Part shown: positions 25,256-37,925 of the stretch, piece after piece | Numbering within the stretch: position 1 is the first letter of the stretch | How the letters are laid out: each line of letters starts with the position of its first letter | Assembly: GCF_018350175.1 (NCBI RefSeq) | Contig: NC_058368.1 | Location: 13,890,001-13,954,000, forward strand | DNA from: Felis catus | Taxonomy: Eukaryota | Direction of reading: 5' to 3' | DNA: 64,000 nt | Made by a program: the position numbers and the translations under genes | Notes under the pieces: model-generated | Told to the model about the DNA's origin: nothing | What the model saw: only the letters and a program-made list of their open reading frames with translations | Database searches by the model: none

Positions 25256-26343
25256 CATATCTTTTATTTCAAATTCAGTATTTGGTTATGGTCTCCCTAA
25301 ACACTCCCCTCCAAACTACATATGATGAAAACATCAATCTTAAATATAATATTCAGTATTCACACATGCTTGTACCTGAGTAACCCAGACCCCCATCAAG
25401 ATAAAAAATCTTAGAGTCACTTCAGAAAGTTCCCTCATACCCTCTACCAGTTAATCTCTACCCCGTATCCCCAGAGGCATCCACTCAAGTTTTTTCCCAC
25501 CATAGACTATTGTCATAGAATTTGTATAAATGGGATCTGACAAAATGAGTAAACTCTTCTCAGTAAAGCTTCTTTTCATTTAACATAGTGCTTTTGCCAT
25601 TTGTTCATATTGTTGTGTTTATCAGCAGTTTGTTACTTTTTATTGCTGAGTAGCAGACTATCATGTGAATTTACCATAGTTTATCTCTTCTTGTGTTGAT
25701 GGAACTCTGGGCTGTTTCCAGTTTGGGGCCATTATAAAAGAATAAAGCTTCTTTTAACATTCTTATACAAAAGTCATTTGGGGATTTGTATTTTATTTCC
25801 TTTGGGTAAATACTTAAGAATGTAATTGCTGGGTCAGAGAGATGGTGTATATTTGGTTTAACAAGAATCTGTTAGACCTTTTTCCAAATGGATGAAACAT
25901 TTTGTACTTCCAACACTGTGTGAGAGAGCCCATTCTTACCAGCATTTTACATGGTTAGTGCTCTTAGTGATTCTTATGGATGTATGATAGTTTAGTTCAT
26001 TGTAGTTTTAGTTTGCACTTCTGTGATGGCTAATGATGATTAATATATTTTCATATCCTTAATTGGTGGTTTGTAAATATTTTGCGAAGCACCTGTTCAA
26101 ATGTTCTGCCATTTTTAAATTAAAAAAAAATATTTAGAAGTTCTTTATATATCTTACATACCATTCCATTGTCATATGTGTTTTTGGAAAATTTTTTGTC
26201 TTTAAATTTTTTATTTATCTATAGCTATCTTTTCATGAACAAAGGCTTTTTAATTTTGATTAAGTCTAATTCATCAATTTTTTCCTTTATGGTTTTTGCT
26301 TTCTGTGTCCTTAAGAATATGCCCTGTAAGAATCTTCAATACA

Positions 26344-26560
26344 GGGGCGCCTGGGTGGCGCAGTCGGTTAAGCGTCCGACTTCAGCCAGGTCACGATCTC
26401 GCGGTCCGTGAGTTCGAGCCCCACGTCGGGCTCTGGGCTGATGGCTCAGAGCCTGGAGCCTGTTTCCGATTCTGTGTCTCCCTCTCTCTCTGCCCCTCCC
26501 CCGTTCATGCTCTGTCTCTCTCTGTCCCAAAAATAAATAAACGTTGGAAAAAAAAAAAAA
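26344..26560 (+). mobile_element. Young SINEC_Fc
   Basis: Same diagnostic sequence; perfect TSD aagaatcttcaataca (26328-26343 and 26561-26576). Confidence 0.97.
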
Positions 26561-27295
26561 AAGAATCTTCAATACAGATGATGCAGATATTCTTCTGTGT
26601 TTTCTTCTAGGAGTTTTATAGTTGTTTAGTCTGTGATCTATATAAAATTAATTCTTGTCTGTGTATGAGTTATGGATCCAGGTTTTATTTTTCTTCCCCA
26701 TATTGATATCCATCTGTTTCATTGTTATTTGTGGAAAAGACTTTCCTTTCTCTATTGGATTACTGTAGCACCTGTGTAGAAAACTGATTGGAGCGTCAGT
26801 GAGTCTATCCTGTTCTAGTGACCTGTTTGTCAGTCTTTATGCCAGTGCTATGGTATCTTGATTACCGGAGCTTTATGATAAATTTTTAAATTGGGTGGTT
26901 TGTACATCCTCCATGTTTCTTTTCCTAAGATAGCTTTGAATATTCTAGTTGTCATGCTTTGTTGTTGTTGTTACATTTACATAAACCTTTTAGAATTCAT
27001 GGTCAGTCTACAAAGAGGCCTGGGAGGTTATAAATAGATTTGCAAGAATGTATAATTTAACTTGGCAGAAGCAGGGTGTTGGGGGGGGGAGAGGTTGACT
27101 TCTTAAAAATCCCGAGTTTTCCATTTCATGAACATGGTGTATCTCTTATTTATTTAGGCCTTTTAAAAATCTCTCCCAGCAGTGTTTTGTTTTGTAGTTT
27201 GTAATTTAGAGGCATTACAAATTTTTTGTTACATTTATTTCTAAGTGCTTTATTGATGTTATATGTTATTATAAATAGAATTTTATTTAAAAAAA

Positions 27296-27498
27296 TTATA
27301 TGTTTATTTATTTTTGAGAGAGAGAGACCGAGCGAGCAGGGGAGGGGCAGAGAGAGAGAGGGAGACACAGAATCCAAAGCAGGCTCCAGGCTCTGAGCCG
27401 TCAGCACAGAGCCCGACGTGAGGCTCGATTGCAGGAATGGTGAGATCATGACTGAGATGTTTGCAGATGCTTAACCGACTGAGCCTCCCGGGTGCCCT
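27296..27498 (-). mobile_element. Can-SINE
   Basis: Ends actgagcctcccgggtgccc. Confidence 0.92.
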
Positions 27499-29020
27499 GC
27501 ATAATTATGTTTTTTAAAGCAGCTTTCATAAGATACAGTTTACTTACTATAAAATTAATGTTTTTTTTTTTTTGCATACAAGTCAATGACTTGGTATTCT
27601 CCATAATCATTCAACTATAACCATAATGTACTTTTTTTAACATTTTCATCACCCCCCCAAAGAAAGCTCAGGCACACTTACGTCACTCCTCATTCACACC
27701 TCAAGCCTCTGGCAATCACTAGCTTACTCTTTTTATATTTGCCTGTTCAGTCACACTACATGTCATCTTTATGTTTGACTTCCCTTATTTAGCATGTGAG
27801 GTTCACTTATGTTCCTTTTTATTGCCAAACACTGATTCCATTGTGGGGTATGCTGCATTCTGACTGTCCATTTACTAGTTTATGGACATTTGAATTGTTG
27901 CCAATTTTTAGCTTTTATTAATAATGCTGTTTTGAATATTTGTATAAACGTCTGTGTGGATATACGTTTCCATAGATACATAGTATTAAAATTGCTGGGT
28001 CATATGGTAAATGTGTGTTTAACTTTTTAAGAAACTACTAAATTGTTTTCCAGAGTGATTACCATGTTACATTTTCAGTGGCAATGCTACATTGATTTTT
28101 GAATGTTAAAACAGCTTTCATCCTGAGGTAACTCTGCTGCATTTTCCATTTTCTGTATTGCTGGACTTGGCTTGCTTACAATATTAAGGATTTCTGTGGC
28201 TGTGTTCATGAGAGACTGTGGTCTGTAATTTTATTTTCTTGTAATGTCCTTGTCAGGTTTTGCTACTGAGGTTATCATAAAATGGTTGGGAAGTGTTCCT
28301 TCTTCCTGTTTTATTAATGAGTTTTGTAGAATTCACCAATAGAAAATATCTAGTCCTGTTCTTTTTTTTATTGGAAGGTTTTTTGATAATGAACTTACCT
28401 TTTTGATAAATATGGGCTATTTGGATTTTCATTTATCTTGTGTCGGTTTGGAAAGTTGTATTTTACAAGGGATTTATCCATTCTATGTAAGTAATTGAAT
28501 TTGTTGGCATACTGTTGTTCATAAACATTTCTGTAATATGCTTTTAATGTCTTTATGTTTGTAATGTAGGATTTGTAGTGATAATCCATCCCAGGTACTG
28601 ACAATTTGCATTATTTTCTTTTTCTCTCTCTTATTCTCTTGAGCTAATGATTTATCAATTTTATCAATCATTTCAAAGAAACAAATTTGGCTCTGCTAAT
28701 TTTTTATTTCATTGATTTCTGTGTTGTATTTCCACTCTTCTACTTGTTTTGTTTTTCTTTAAATTCATAAATGAAATCTTAGGCCAATGAGAGCTCTTTC
28801 TTTTCCAGCACTGTAGAATTCTCTCTCAGCACTGCTTTAGCTCATCTCCCCAAATTTGATAGGATTTCGATGAGAGGAATTAAGTGTGTTGTTTTTGGAG
28901 GCACTTTAAAAGTTTTTATTGCTGTTGATTTCTGTAAATATTTTTATTTTCTATTCCTCTTTTTTACTGGGATTACATTTATATTAGATCTTTAATTTTG
29001 TACTATATGCCCCTGAGGTT

Positions 29021-30219
29021 TTTTTTTTTTAACTGTTTTTACAAATATTTTGTTTATTTTAAAGAAGCTGGTCCAGACAATGTCCATTTAAAACCCATAT
29101 CTCAGGCCAAAAAGTACAAATAAAATAAAAAAGTGTTGAACACACTTCTGCATGAATAACTTTATTAACTGCTAATGAAAATTAGAACTTTTCTGGGATC
29201 TTCTGACAAGACTTTTATCTTAAAATGCTTTCTCTTCAGTGAAGCTGTCTTTGGAGTTAGTCGTTACTCTCGCGATCTCTGTCATCTCGACTCCAGCTTG
29301 CTATTTCTCTTCTTTTGGTCCAGACCCTCAAATTTTAAAAGAAACTTCAAGTTAAGGAAAAGTCATTTTTCCACAGTTCACTTCTCTGAAAAACTTCCAT
29401 CTCCCACTGAAAGTCATAGTCCAGGAGTGAAGCAATCACATACTAGAACTTTAGGGCCGGTTGGAAAGTCATTACGAACACTCGCATTGGTCAACCTAAT
29501 TTATCACAAGCTTGAAAATGCACAGTCCTGGAAAAGGTGGTGGCCTCTCTGTGCACACATGTAATTTTTTTAAACAGGAGAGTGCGATATGAAGGGGGCT
29601 GAGGCTTGATCACCCCAAATCAGCACAATGAAAACAAGTGATCATGAATAATGGGCACTAGACTTCAAATTACCAGATGTTTTAAAGAGATGGGGTGCCA
29701 GTTTTCATTTCCGTTTTGAACACCACATTACAAAAGAACTATTTTTAAAAATAAAAAAGGATTGAGGGTAAAGAAAAAAATAAAAAGAATATCTAAATCG
29801 TTGGATGACCCCCTGTTTGTTCCTGATAAACTCCAATCACATCTTCCTCCTCCATTCCCACTTCTTTTGGAGCATGATTATCAGCAATTCTCGGACCTGC
29901 AAAGAGAAACCTCAGTGAATTCATTGGAACTCCCTCTCTTGGACAGTATGATTCTTTGAGTTTCTTGAGATGGTTGTCATTTTCACTTTGAAGTGAATTG
30001 CACTGCCATCCTGTCCAATGACTCTGAGTTTAATGTATTCTCCTACCTTCTCATCCCCCAAGTCCTCAGTTGAAGGTTTTGCCTCCTGGTCAGACATGGT
30101 GACAGTGGCTTCACTCAGGGTCTCTGCACAGCAGGGGCGTCGGATCGGCAGAACCTGGCTCCGGGGTTTACAGATCTGTCTCTCTTCCCCACAGCACGAC
30201 ACCGCGGCTGGCTAGGCTC
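29021..30219 (-). pseudogene. SUMO1: SUMO1 processed pseudogene (5'UTR + intronless CDS 30097->29793 + 3'UTR + poly(A))
   Basis: From ATG 30097 the minus strand reads [42 protein letters not shown]. After a 1-bp deletion near 29971 it continues [59 protein letters not shown] (TAG 29793-29795; 305 bp vs 306). No introns. AATAAA at 29053-29058 (-), T-run 29019-29030, candidate TSD GAGGTT at 29015-29020 and 30220-30225. Confidence 0.97.
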
Positions 30220-30225
30220 GAGGTT

Positions 30226-31100
30226 CCATTTGTTTTTTCCCAATCTTTTTCCTCTCATTTTTCTTCAGATTAAATACTTAAATTGATTTACCTTTAATTC
30301 CATTGGCTCTTTTTTTTTTATCTGATCTGCTACTTAGCCTATTCTGTGAACATTTTAATTTAAATGTCATAGCTTTCTATTGTACATTTTGTATTTGACT
30401 CTGTAGTTTGTAATTCTTTGCTATGATTCCCAGTCTTTTTATTCATTATGAGATGTGTTTTAAAGTTCCATGAACACAGTTATACTACTTGATTTAAAAT
30501 CTTTATGTGTTTATTCAGGCATCTGAGTCCTCTGGATTTTGGTTTCTATTGATCATGTTTTATTTCATGAATGGACTATATTTTCTTTGTTATTTGTATG
30601 TTAAGTAATTTTGGATTGTTATCGTGAATGCTGTGAATAATGCTGTGTAGAGATTCTGCATTTTGTTACGCTCTTCTGAATTTTGTTGACAAATTTTAAG
30701 GTGTCCGTTTACTTGGATAAACTCAAACTGCAGAACTCAATAGTTGGCATCAGTTGAAATCTTATGAATATGAGTAGTTCATGGCTGAGCCAGACATTTG
30801 TCCAAGGTTATTTGGGGCTTCTTCTCTCTTGTGCTTTTGTTTCAAACTGCTGAGATTGTCCATAACTTCTGGTTCGTGATGTAGATCGGGGCTTGTCCCT
30901 AAATAGAAAATCATAAGAAACAACGAATTTTACAAAATACTGTTACTTTCTTATACCTGTCAACTCCCATTTCTATTCTTTTACATGTCCGGTTTTGGTT
31001 GCTCTTCACCTTCAGAAAGCTGTTTTTGAATATTTTGTCCAGAGTTTATAGTTCTTATCTGTACTGTGTTAAGAACCACTTCACTATTACCAGATTCAGC
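30226..31100 (-). mobile_element. Old L1M fragment, continuing the element interrupted by the SUMO1 retrocopy
   Basis: Degenerate L1ME-like motifs (catctgagtcctctggattttggtttctattga; taattttggattg); the sequence joins sensibly across the TSD. Confidence 0.55.
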
Positions 31101-32224
31101 CTCTATCCTAAATTTAAAAAACAACGCAAAAAGCTTAATAGGCCGTTAGTGCACTCAACAAATGTAGAGTCTCTTATGTGTGCCTGACAAACATTGGCAA
31201 TGCAACTATTAAAGACACAGATCCCTCCTTTCAGGGTTTTCACATGTCCGTAGAGGAAATAAATATAAACAGGTGTGAGAAATACATTAATAGAAATATC
31301 TACTTGGAAAGAAAGTGGCAGAGAAAATGTGATTGTTTCTCACTGGGCTAGGCAATATGGGCACACTGACAGGGAGAGTTTAAGGAACACATTCTGAAGG
31401 AATACTACATCCTGCTTGGAGTTTGAAGGATTAATTGCTATTTTCAGGCAAACGGGGAGGGATAGATGTACTATGCTTTCAAGTTTCAATATAGGGACAA
31501 GAGAGATGATGTAAAACCTAGAGCCAAGTTCAGCTGGAAACTTTAAAATCATCCTTAACCTCTCTTGCTTTTCCTTCTATTGTGTCTGACTTTAAGATTT
31601 CTCCCTCTTAAATCTACTGATTTATTAAATTCACATGTGACCTGGTCAGTTTTCTCTGGGAGGAGTGAGAGCTAGAACATGAGAAAAGCCTTAGGTTTTA
31701 CACTGCTCCTGAAATTTGTCAGCATTTCAGACAGCTGAGGCAACAAATGGACCTTGATCACAGTGTTAATCTCATGGTAAGACTTAATTTTTTAGAACTG
31801 ATCAGTCAACAGTGTTAAGTCCTACTATCAGTGTATTTTAATACATCTGTTTGTGTCAGGGATCTTTGCTCTATTTGTGTAGGAGTTTTAGTAGATGTGC
31901 ATTAGAGCCTCATTAGCTTATTTAACTTTTGCTAATACAGGTAGTTCCAGGCCCATCTTAATGTCTAGAGTAACTGTTCACCTTAGTAGTTGCTGAGTCC
32001 CTCAGAACAGTGGCAGTGAGAACAAAGAAAATTTTAATCTTCCATTTGGGGAAGGGGATAGACTCAAATAATTTTGAAATATGGAGTCTCTTGATGGGGA
32101 AAAAGAGAGCTAGGAGGAAATGAATAAACCAGCAAATGTTAAATTTTTGACTTGGTTAAGAGGTATCGGAGAGAAGCATAGCGCCCTTCAGTGGTTACCC
32201 ATTGTTCTTAAGGTAAAGCTGAAA

Positions 32225-32434
32225 TTTTTTTTTTTTTTAAGTTTATTTATTTATTTTATGACAGAGAAAGCATGAGCCGGGGAGGGCAGAGAGAGAGTAG
32301 GAAATTGAGAGAATCCCAAGCAGGCCCCAAGCCACAAGTACAGAGCCTGATGAGGGCCTCAAACTCACAGACCTTAAAATCATGACGTGAGCTGAAACCA
32401 AGAGTTGGACGCTTAACTGCCACCCAGGTGCCCC
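32225..32434 (-). mobile_element. Can-SINE
   Basis: T tail; ends ccacccaggtgcccc; TSD aaagctg.aaatt. Confidence 0.92.
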
Positions 32435-32774
32435 AAAGCTGTAAATTGTTAATATGATCTGCAAGTCCCTACATGATCTGATAGCACAATAGCTCACTTA
32501 TCTCATCTGTTGCCACTCTTCCATTCATTCATTCTTCTTCTTCTCCCTTGCTGTCTGCACTGCCACCACCAAGATGTTCTTTTATCTTTTATTAGAGGTT
32601 CTTCTTATCCTAGAGCTTTGGTGAACCCTATTATTCTGCCTGAAATTCTTTCCTTCATTTCCCTTTTATCTTCGTCTAGTTACTTTCTCCTCTCCCAAAT
32701 TAATTTTTCAGATATTCCGTGGCTTCTCCAAATAAGGTTATATGCACTAATAATCTAGCAGCTAGAATATAAGC

Positions 32775-32790
32775 TTTTTTTAATGTTTAT

Positions 32791-32837
<47 letters not shown>

Positions 32838-32963
32838 CCCAAGCAGGCTCTGTGCTGTCAGTGCAGAGCCCATTGCGGGGCTTGCTTCCACTCAGTGTGA
32901 AGTAATTATCTAAGCCAGAACCAAGAGTTGGACACTTAACCTACTAAGCCACACAGGCGCTCC
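32775..32963 (-). mobile_element. Can-SINE with (GA)n
   Basis: Ends gccacacaggcgctcc; TSD ctagaatataa. Confidence 0.92.
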
Positions 32964-34307
32964 TAGAATATAACCTTTATGGCACCGAGTTTTCCTGTTA
33001 ACTACTGTATTGTGAGCACCTAATACAGTCCTTTGCATATGGTATGTGTTCAGGAAATATTTGAATGAATAACTGAAAGAATAAATCCAGAGATGAATTC
33101 AAAATTCCATTTAACTAATTTTTGGTGAGAAATAAATATGCCAAAAATTAGTGTGAGGAATTTATTCCTACCACTTCCTATTAGAATAAGGAGGTAGATA
33201 TCTAGAAATAAATAATCAATTGCTTTCAGAGATTTATTGTCTCACTGTTTGAGAATGATCACTGGTTACAGCATAGTGAGGAGTGCCTATCAAGCTGTAG
33301 TACTCATTATGTAGATGCTGCCCAGTACATACACTGAATTGAACTACAGTGAGTAACATTATGTTTGACTTTTTGCTTAGTCTGTTACAAAGACAGTCAT
33401 GTGCAAGAAGTATTGTAATTTTTTCTACATGCTAGTAGGTTTTTCTTTAGATGTTTGAGCACCAGTTTGATTACGCTTCTTCTAAAAAGATACGAAGAAA
33501 TCAATAAAAGATTACATATTTAAAGCTATTAAAATAAATGAAGTTTGATAGCAAAAATGAAATACTTACAAAGGGTACCTATACTGAATTTAAATGACTT
33601 ATTACTTACTTTAATGAAAAAAATGAGAAAAGTATAGCTTTTAATAGGAGAAAATTATTTCTGATGAAAAAACAGTAAGAGTTGAAATATTTTAGAAAGT
33701 GAGTATGTTGACAGTCCATCCTTGAGGATCTTTTGTAAAGACAATAGGAAAATATTAGCTGTAAAAGTATTTATCTCACTGAATAAAGACAACTAGCTTG
33801 GGCAGGATCTCTCAATTATTTCCAGTTGTGATTATATGATTGCCTAGTTTTTATTTAACATACTTACTCCTTTCAATAGGTCACATAGAATTATTTGCTC
33901 AATCATTTTTTTCCTTTTTATGTGTGTGCCTGAGAGTGTGATTGCTTGTGCGTGAATGTTGTACTTTGTCTCTCTCTCTTGTTTCCTTATAGTGCCTGGC
34001 ATAAGGGATTTGCATTTTAAGAATGAGGTTTACTTTTTAAAAGTAAGATTTGCTCTTATTTAGAATTTGAGATAAAACATCTCAAATGAGATGAGATGAG
34101 ATTTAACTGAAATCTTTAAAACTTTCACATGATTTTTATTCTCCCTAGAGAGTCATAGCAATTGAGGGGTGCTTATGCCTTTGAGACTTCTGTCCCAAAG
34201 AAGAGCCTCTGCCACTAGGTAAGAGTAATTAAGAATAGATTGGGGTTAGAGACCAGTGAACTCACAATATTTTTTTAATTTCTCTGATTAAAAAAAAATG
34301 CTCTCTT

Positions 34308-34527
34308 GGGGCTTCTAGGTGGCCCAGTCAGTTAAGTATCCTACCCTTGATTTCAGCTCAGGTCATGGTCCCAGGGTTGTGGGATCGAGCCCTGAGTTCA
34401 GGCTTCACACTGAGCATGGAACCTGCTTAAGATTGTCTGTTTCTCTATCCCTGTCTCTTTCTTCCTCTGTCCCTCTCCCCCACTGGTGCTGTCTGTCTGT
34501 CTGTCTCTCTCTCAAAAAGAAAAAAAA
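34308..34527 (+). mobile_element. Can-SINE
   Basis: ggggcttctaggtggcccagtcagttaag head and A tail. Confidence 0.9.
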
Positions 34528-34626
34528 GTTTCCTTGGTGAAAAATTCAGGGTATTAGGAAGTCAATAGTCACTCCTAACATTGTCATTGAAAGTCAGTAC
34601 TTATAACTTGGTATAGTTCCTTCTGG

Positions 34627-34630
<4 letters not shown>

Positions 34631-34664
<34 letters not shown>
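34631..34664. repeat. Poly(T) run
   Basis: 34 consecutive T. Confidence 0.95.
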
Positions 34665-34665
<1 letters not shown>

Positions 34666-34728
34666 TCTTGGGTAGGCATTAGAATAAAAGGCAGCCTTTA
34701 CTCATGTTTTTGGGATGTTGCAACCATG

Positions 34729-35172
34729 GTGTTATGGCTTGAATTTACTGCCCTCCCCCTAACAACAACAACAACAACAACAACAACAACGTTATGTTGG
34801 AGTCTTAACCTACAATAAGGTAGGATGTGACCTTGGAGATAGGATTTTTACAGAGATGATCAGTCAAAATACAGTCATTTGGATGGGTTTTAATCCTGTA
34901 TGACTGTTATCCCTTTAAAAAGAGGAAATTTGGATACAGACGTGCATAGAAGGAAGCTGATGTGAAGAGATAAGGGGATATGAAGATGGTCATCTGTATG
35001 CCAAGGAGGAAGGCTTGAAACAGATCCCTCTGTCATAGCCCTCCAGAGGAAATGGCCCTGCTGATACCTTGATCTCAGACTTTCAGCCTTCAGACTGTGT
35101 GAGACCACATATTTGTTGGTTAAGCCGTCTAGTTTGTAGTACCTTGTTAACACGGCCTTAGCAAACTAATAC
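34729..35172 (+). mobile_element. MLT1B/MLT1A-type MaLR LTR with internal (AAC)n
   Basis: tgttatggcttgaat... start; tatgactgttatccctttaaaaagaggaaatttgga; ccctgctgataccttgatctcagacttt; end tagcaaactaatac. Confidence 0.85.
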
Positions 35173-36051
35173 GTATGTATCAAATTGCCTTATAGCAATT
35201 TTATAATTATAATTACTTTATGTCTTATTTTTCTAAAGTTTTCTTATATTTATTTCTTTGAGTATATTTTGTTTACTTGGGTATAACCCAACTAAATTGT
35301 ATATTTTTTTGAGATTATATATTTTTCCCTATCATTTCATTTCCTACAGTATTTTATAGATGTATAAAAGATAATTTGTGTGATGCAAATAGGCATGCTT
35401 TTGATGAAAAACATTTATGTTATGTATAAGCAACACTATGTCCAATATAGAATTGAGTAGGAAGTTTTAAATTTTAGACTTTTTATTAGCTGAATGAACT
35501 TAGTTATTTCATATTCTTGGATTCTGATACATATATATATATTATAAGATATATATTCGGATATATATGATATATACATATATATCATCTATATAAGATT
35601 TGTGTGTTTGGATTGTGTGATTAGAATTTTTTTAAATTAATATAACCATATTATAAGGCAATTAGGGTAAAAAGAAAACAAGATGACTCATTGTTTCACC
35701 ACTGAAACACTATTAATATTTTTGTTGTTTTTCTTACAGAGTTTCACCTATATAGAGAACTGGTTTATTTATATAATTATAATTGCCTATGTGTTTGTGT
35801 ATATAAATTTATTTTAGCTAACATATTACAAAAAATTATGTCTTATGATACAGCTTTGTCAACTAATTTAGAATGGGTATATAATATGCTATAGTGCATT
35901 CATAAATGCACTATAACTTTTCTATTTTTGGATACTTAGGATGTTTCCAGTTGTCGACCGTGACAAACATGCTGAAGAGAACATTTTTGTGCATAAATAT
36001 GTTTCGATTATTAGGAATATTTTTTGAAGTTCAGTTTTGTTTTGTTTTGAA

Positions 36052-36268
36052 TTTTTTTTTAATGTTTATTTATTTTTGACAGAGAGAGAGACACAGAGCA
36101 TGAGTAGGGGAGGGGCAGAGAGAGAGAGAGGGAGACACAGAATCTGAAGCAGGCTCCAGGCTCTGAGCCATCAGCACAGAGCCTGACGTGGGACTCGAAC
36201 CCACAGACCATGAGATCATGACCTAAGCCGAAGTTGGACGCTCAACCGACTGAGCCACCCAGGCACCC
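36052..36268 (-). mobile_element. Can-SINE
   Basis: Ends gagccacccaggcaccc; TSD ttgaagttcagtttt. Confidence 0.95.
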
Positions 36269-37731
36269 TTGAAGTTCAGTTTTAAAAAGTGGGAGTTTTA
36301 GAGTAAAGAAATGTCTTTTAAGGCTTTTCATACATATTAAAATGTGTTTTACAGAAGGATTATATAGTTTTCAATGGAATTATTTCTTACATATTCCAAT
36401 TTGAAACCCAGTTTGCAGTACTTATTGATGATAGTTTTAATGGTTGTTTTTTCAGCTACAGCTTACCATATTCTTGTTAATAATTTTTTAATTCCATGAA
36501 TTTAGAGAGAATCCTCCCTTTACCATTATATATGAAAAATGCATATATGTATGTATATAAGACACACACACACACATATGTGATTAGCATTATTTACAGG
36601 TCTTGACCATCACATACTTTATTGATGAGTTGATATAGGAAGGGAACTTGTGTAACAGTGAACTCAACTGAAATGTATAAGGTGGTAATTTTGACTCTAG
36701 GCGGATAGCTAGAAGTTCAAATCACTGTATCTGGGATTCTGGTGCATTTGAGTTGGTTTTAGAATAGCTGTGCTACCCAAAGTGTCTGACGTGATGGGTA
36801 GTATGGGCAAATGATAATGCTTATATTGAATAGTTGATAGTGTAATGGTTACAAGAAGAATTATTATATATACACTGAAACAGAGGTTAAGTCAGTGGCT
36901 AGAGATGAATGCACACACATCCAGAGATAAGCACTTTTGAGAGCTTGTTGGGTGTTTGGGACCCCAGCTCTAGGTTGTCTCTACCCCTGACCTTCTGGCA
37001 GGGAGACTAGAATTAGCTCAGGAAACCAATGCAGAATCCATTTTCCAGAACTAGGTAAACCCTGTGAGCATTAGGGGTTAAAAGTTTACTCCCCAGAATA
37101 TCTGAATTAGAGCACAAAGCAGGAGGACTAATTCTCAGTCTTACCTGCATGGGACTGAATCCTTAATACTCTGCTGGCTTGAGCCTGAGGTTTTCTTAGT
37201 TGAGGCTGTTGGGGTTTGGAAAAGCAGAGATTCAACCTTAGATAAGTTAAGTGACTTGCCCAAGATCATATTATCAATTTGAGATGGTGTCAGAATTGTG
37301 ATCTAGGTCTTATGCTCACTTCTAATGTGGTACCTTCAGCTGTATAACACTGTCTTGAATGTTAAAATTAAGTATAACGTCAAAATTACTTCACAAAGTA
37401 TAATTAATTGCTGTAACATCTAAAAAATAACTTGCTACTTGAGAAGCATTTTTGAATAAACTAGATGAATCTTGATATATAAATATAAAGTTGCATAAAG
37501 TAAAAAATTTGTACGGTTTTATTATTGTACTTTCATTTTTATCCCATGGTAATTAGCTTGCCACATTTTATTGAACTTTCAGCAATATTAGGGTTAAATG
37601 TTGAATTAATGCTGATACCTGAAATGGTAGTCTTTCAAAAGTTTTGAAACGGGCCTTTCAAAAGTTAAATATCTATGTAATCTCAATGATGATGGAATTT
37701 ATATTATAATGAAGATCAGCTTGGTTTAAAA

Positions 37732-37925
37732 ATTTTTTAATGTTTATTTTTTTGAGACAGACAGAGCATGAGCAGGGGAGGGGCAGGAGAGAGGGAGACA
37801 CAGAATCCGAAGCAGGCTCCAGGCTCTGAGCTATCAGCACAGAGCCTGACTCAGGGCTCGAACCCACAAACTGTGAGCTGAAGATCATGACCTGAGCTTA
37901 ACCAATTGAGCCACCCAGGCATCCT
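37732..37925 (-). mobile_element. Can-SINE
   Basis: Ends gagccacccaggcatcc; TSD cagcttggttt. Confidence 0.92.

Larger units (their letters stand above)
25290..29014 (-). mobile_element. Fragmented old L1M (3'UTR and ORF2 remnants) with nested SINEs
   Basis: Typical L1M 3' motifs (gggctgtttccagtttggggcc, aattgctgggtca). ORF 28395-28604 YEQQYANKFNYLHRMDKSLVKYNFP resembles L1 ORF2 YEQLYANKFDNLDEMDKFLEKYNLP. Confidence 0.8.

Noticed and set aside
29175..29564. Longest ORF (129 aa, +)
   Set aside because: Antisense to the SUMO1 3'UTR copy, with no recognisable domain.
29921..30202. 93-aa ORF as an N-terminally extended SUMO1 protein
   Set aside because: It starts at a GTG in the copied 5'UTR and goes out of frame after MTT, losing most of the ubiquitin fold and the GG motif.
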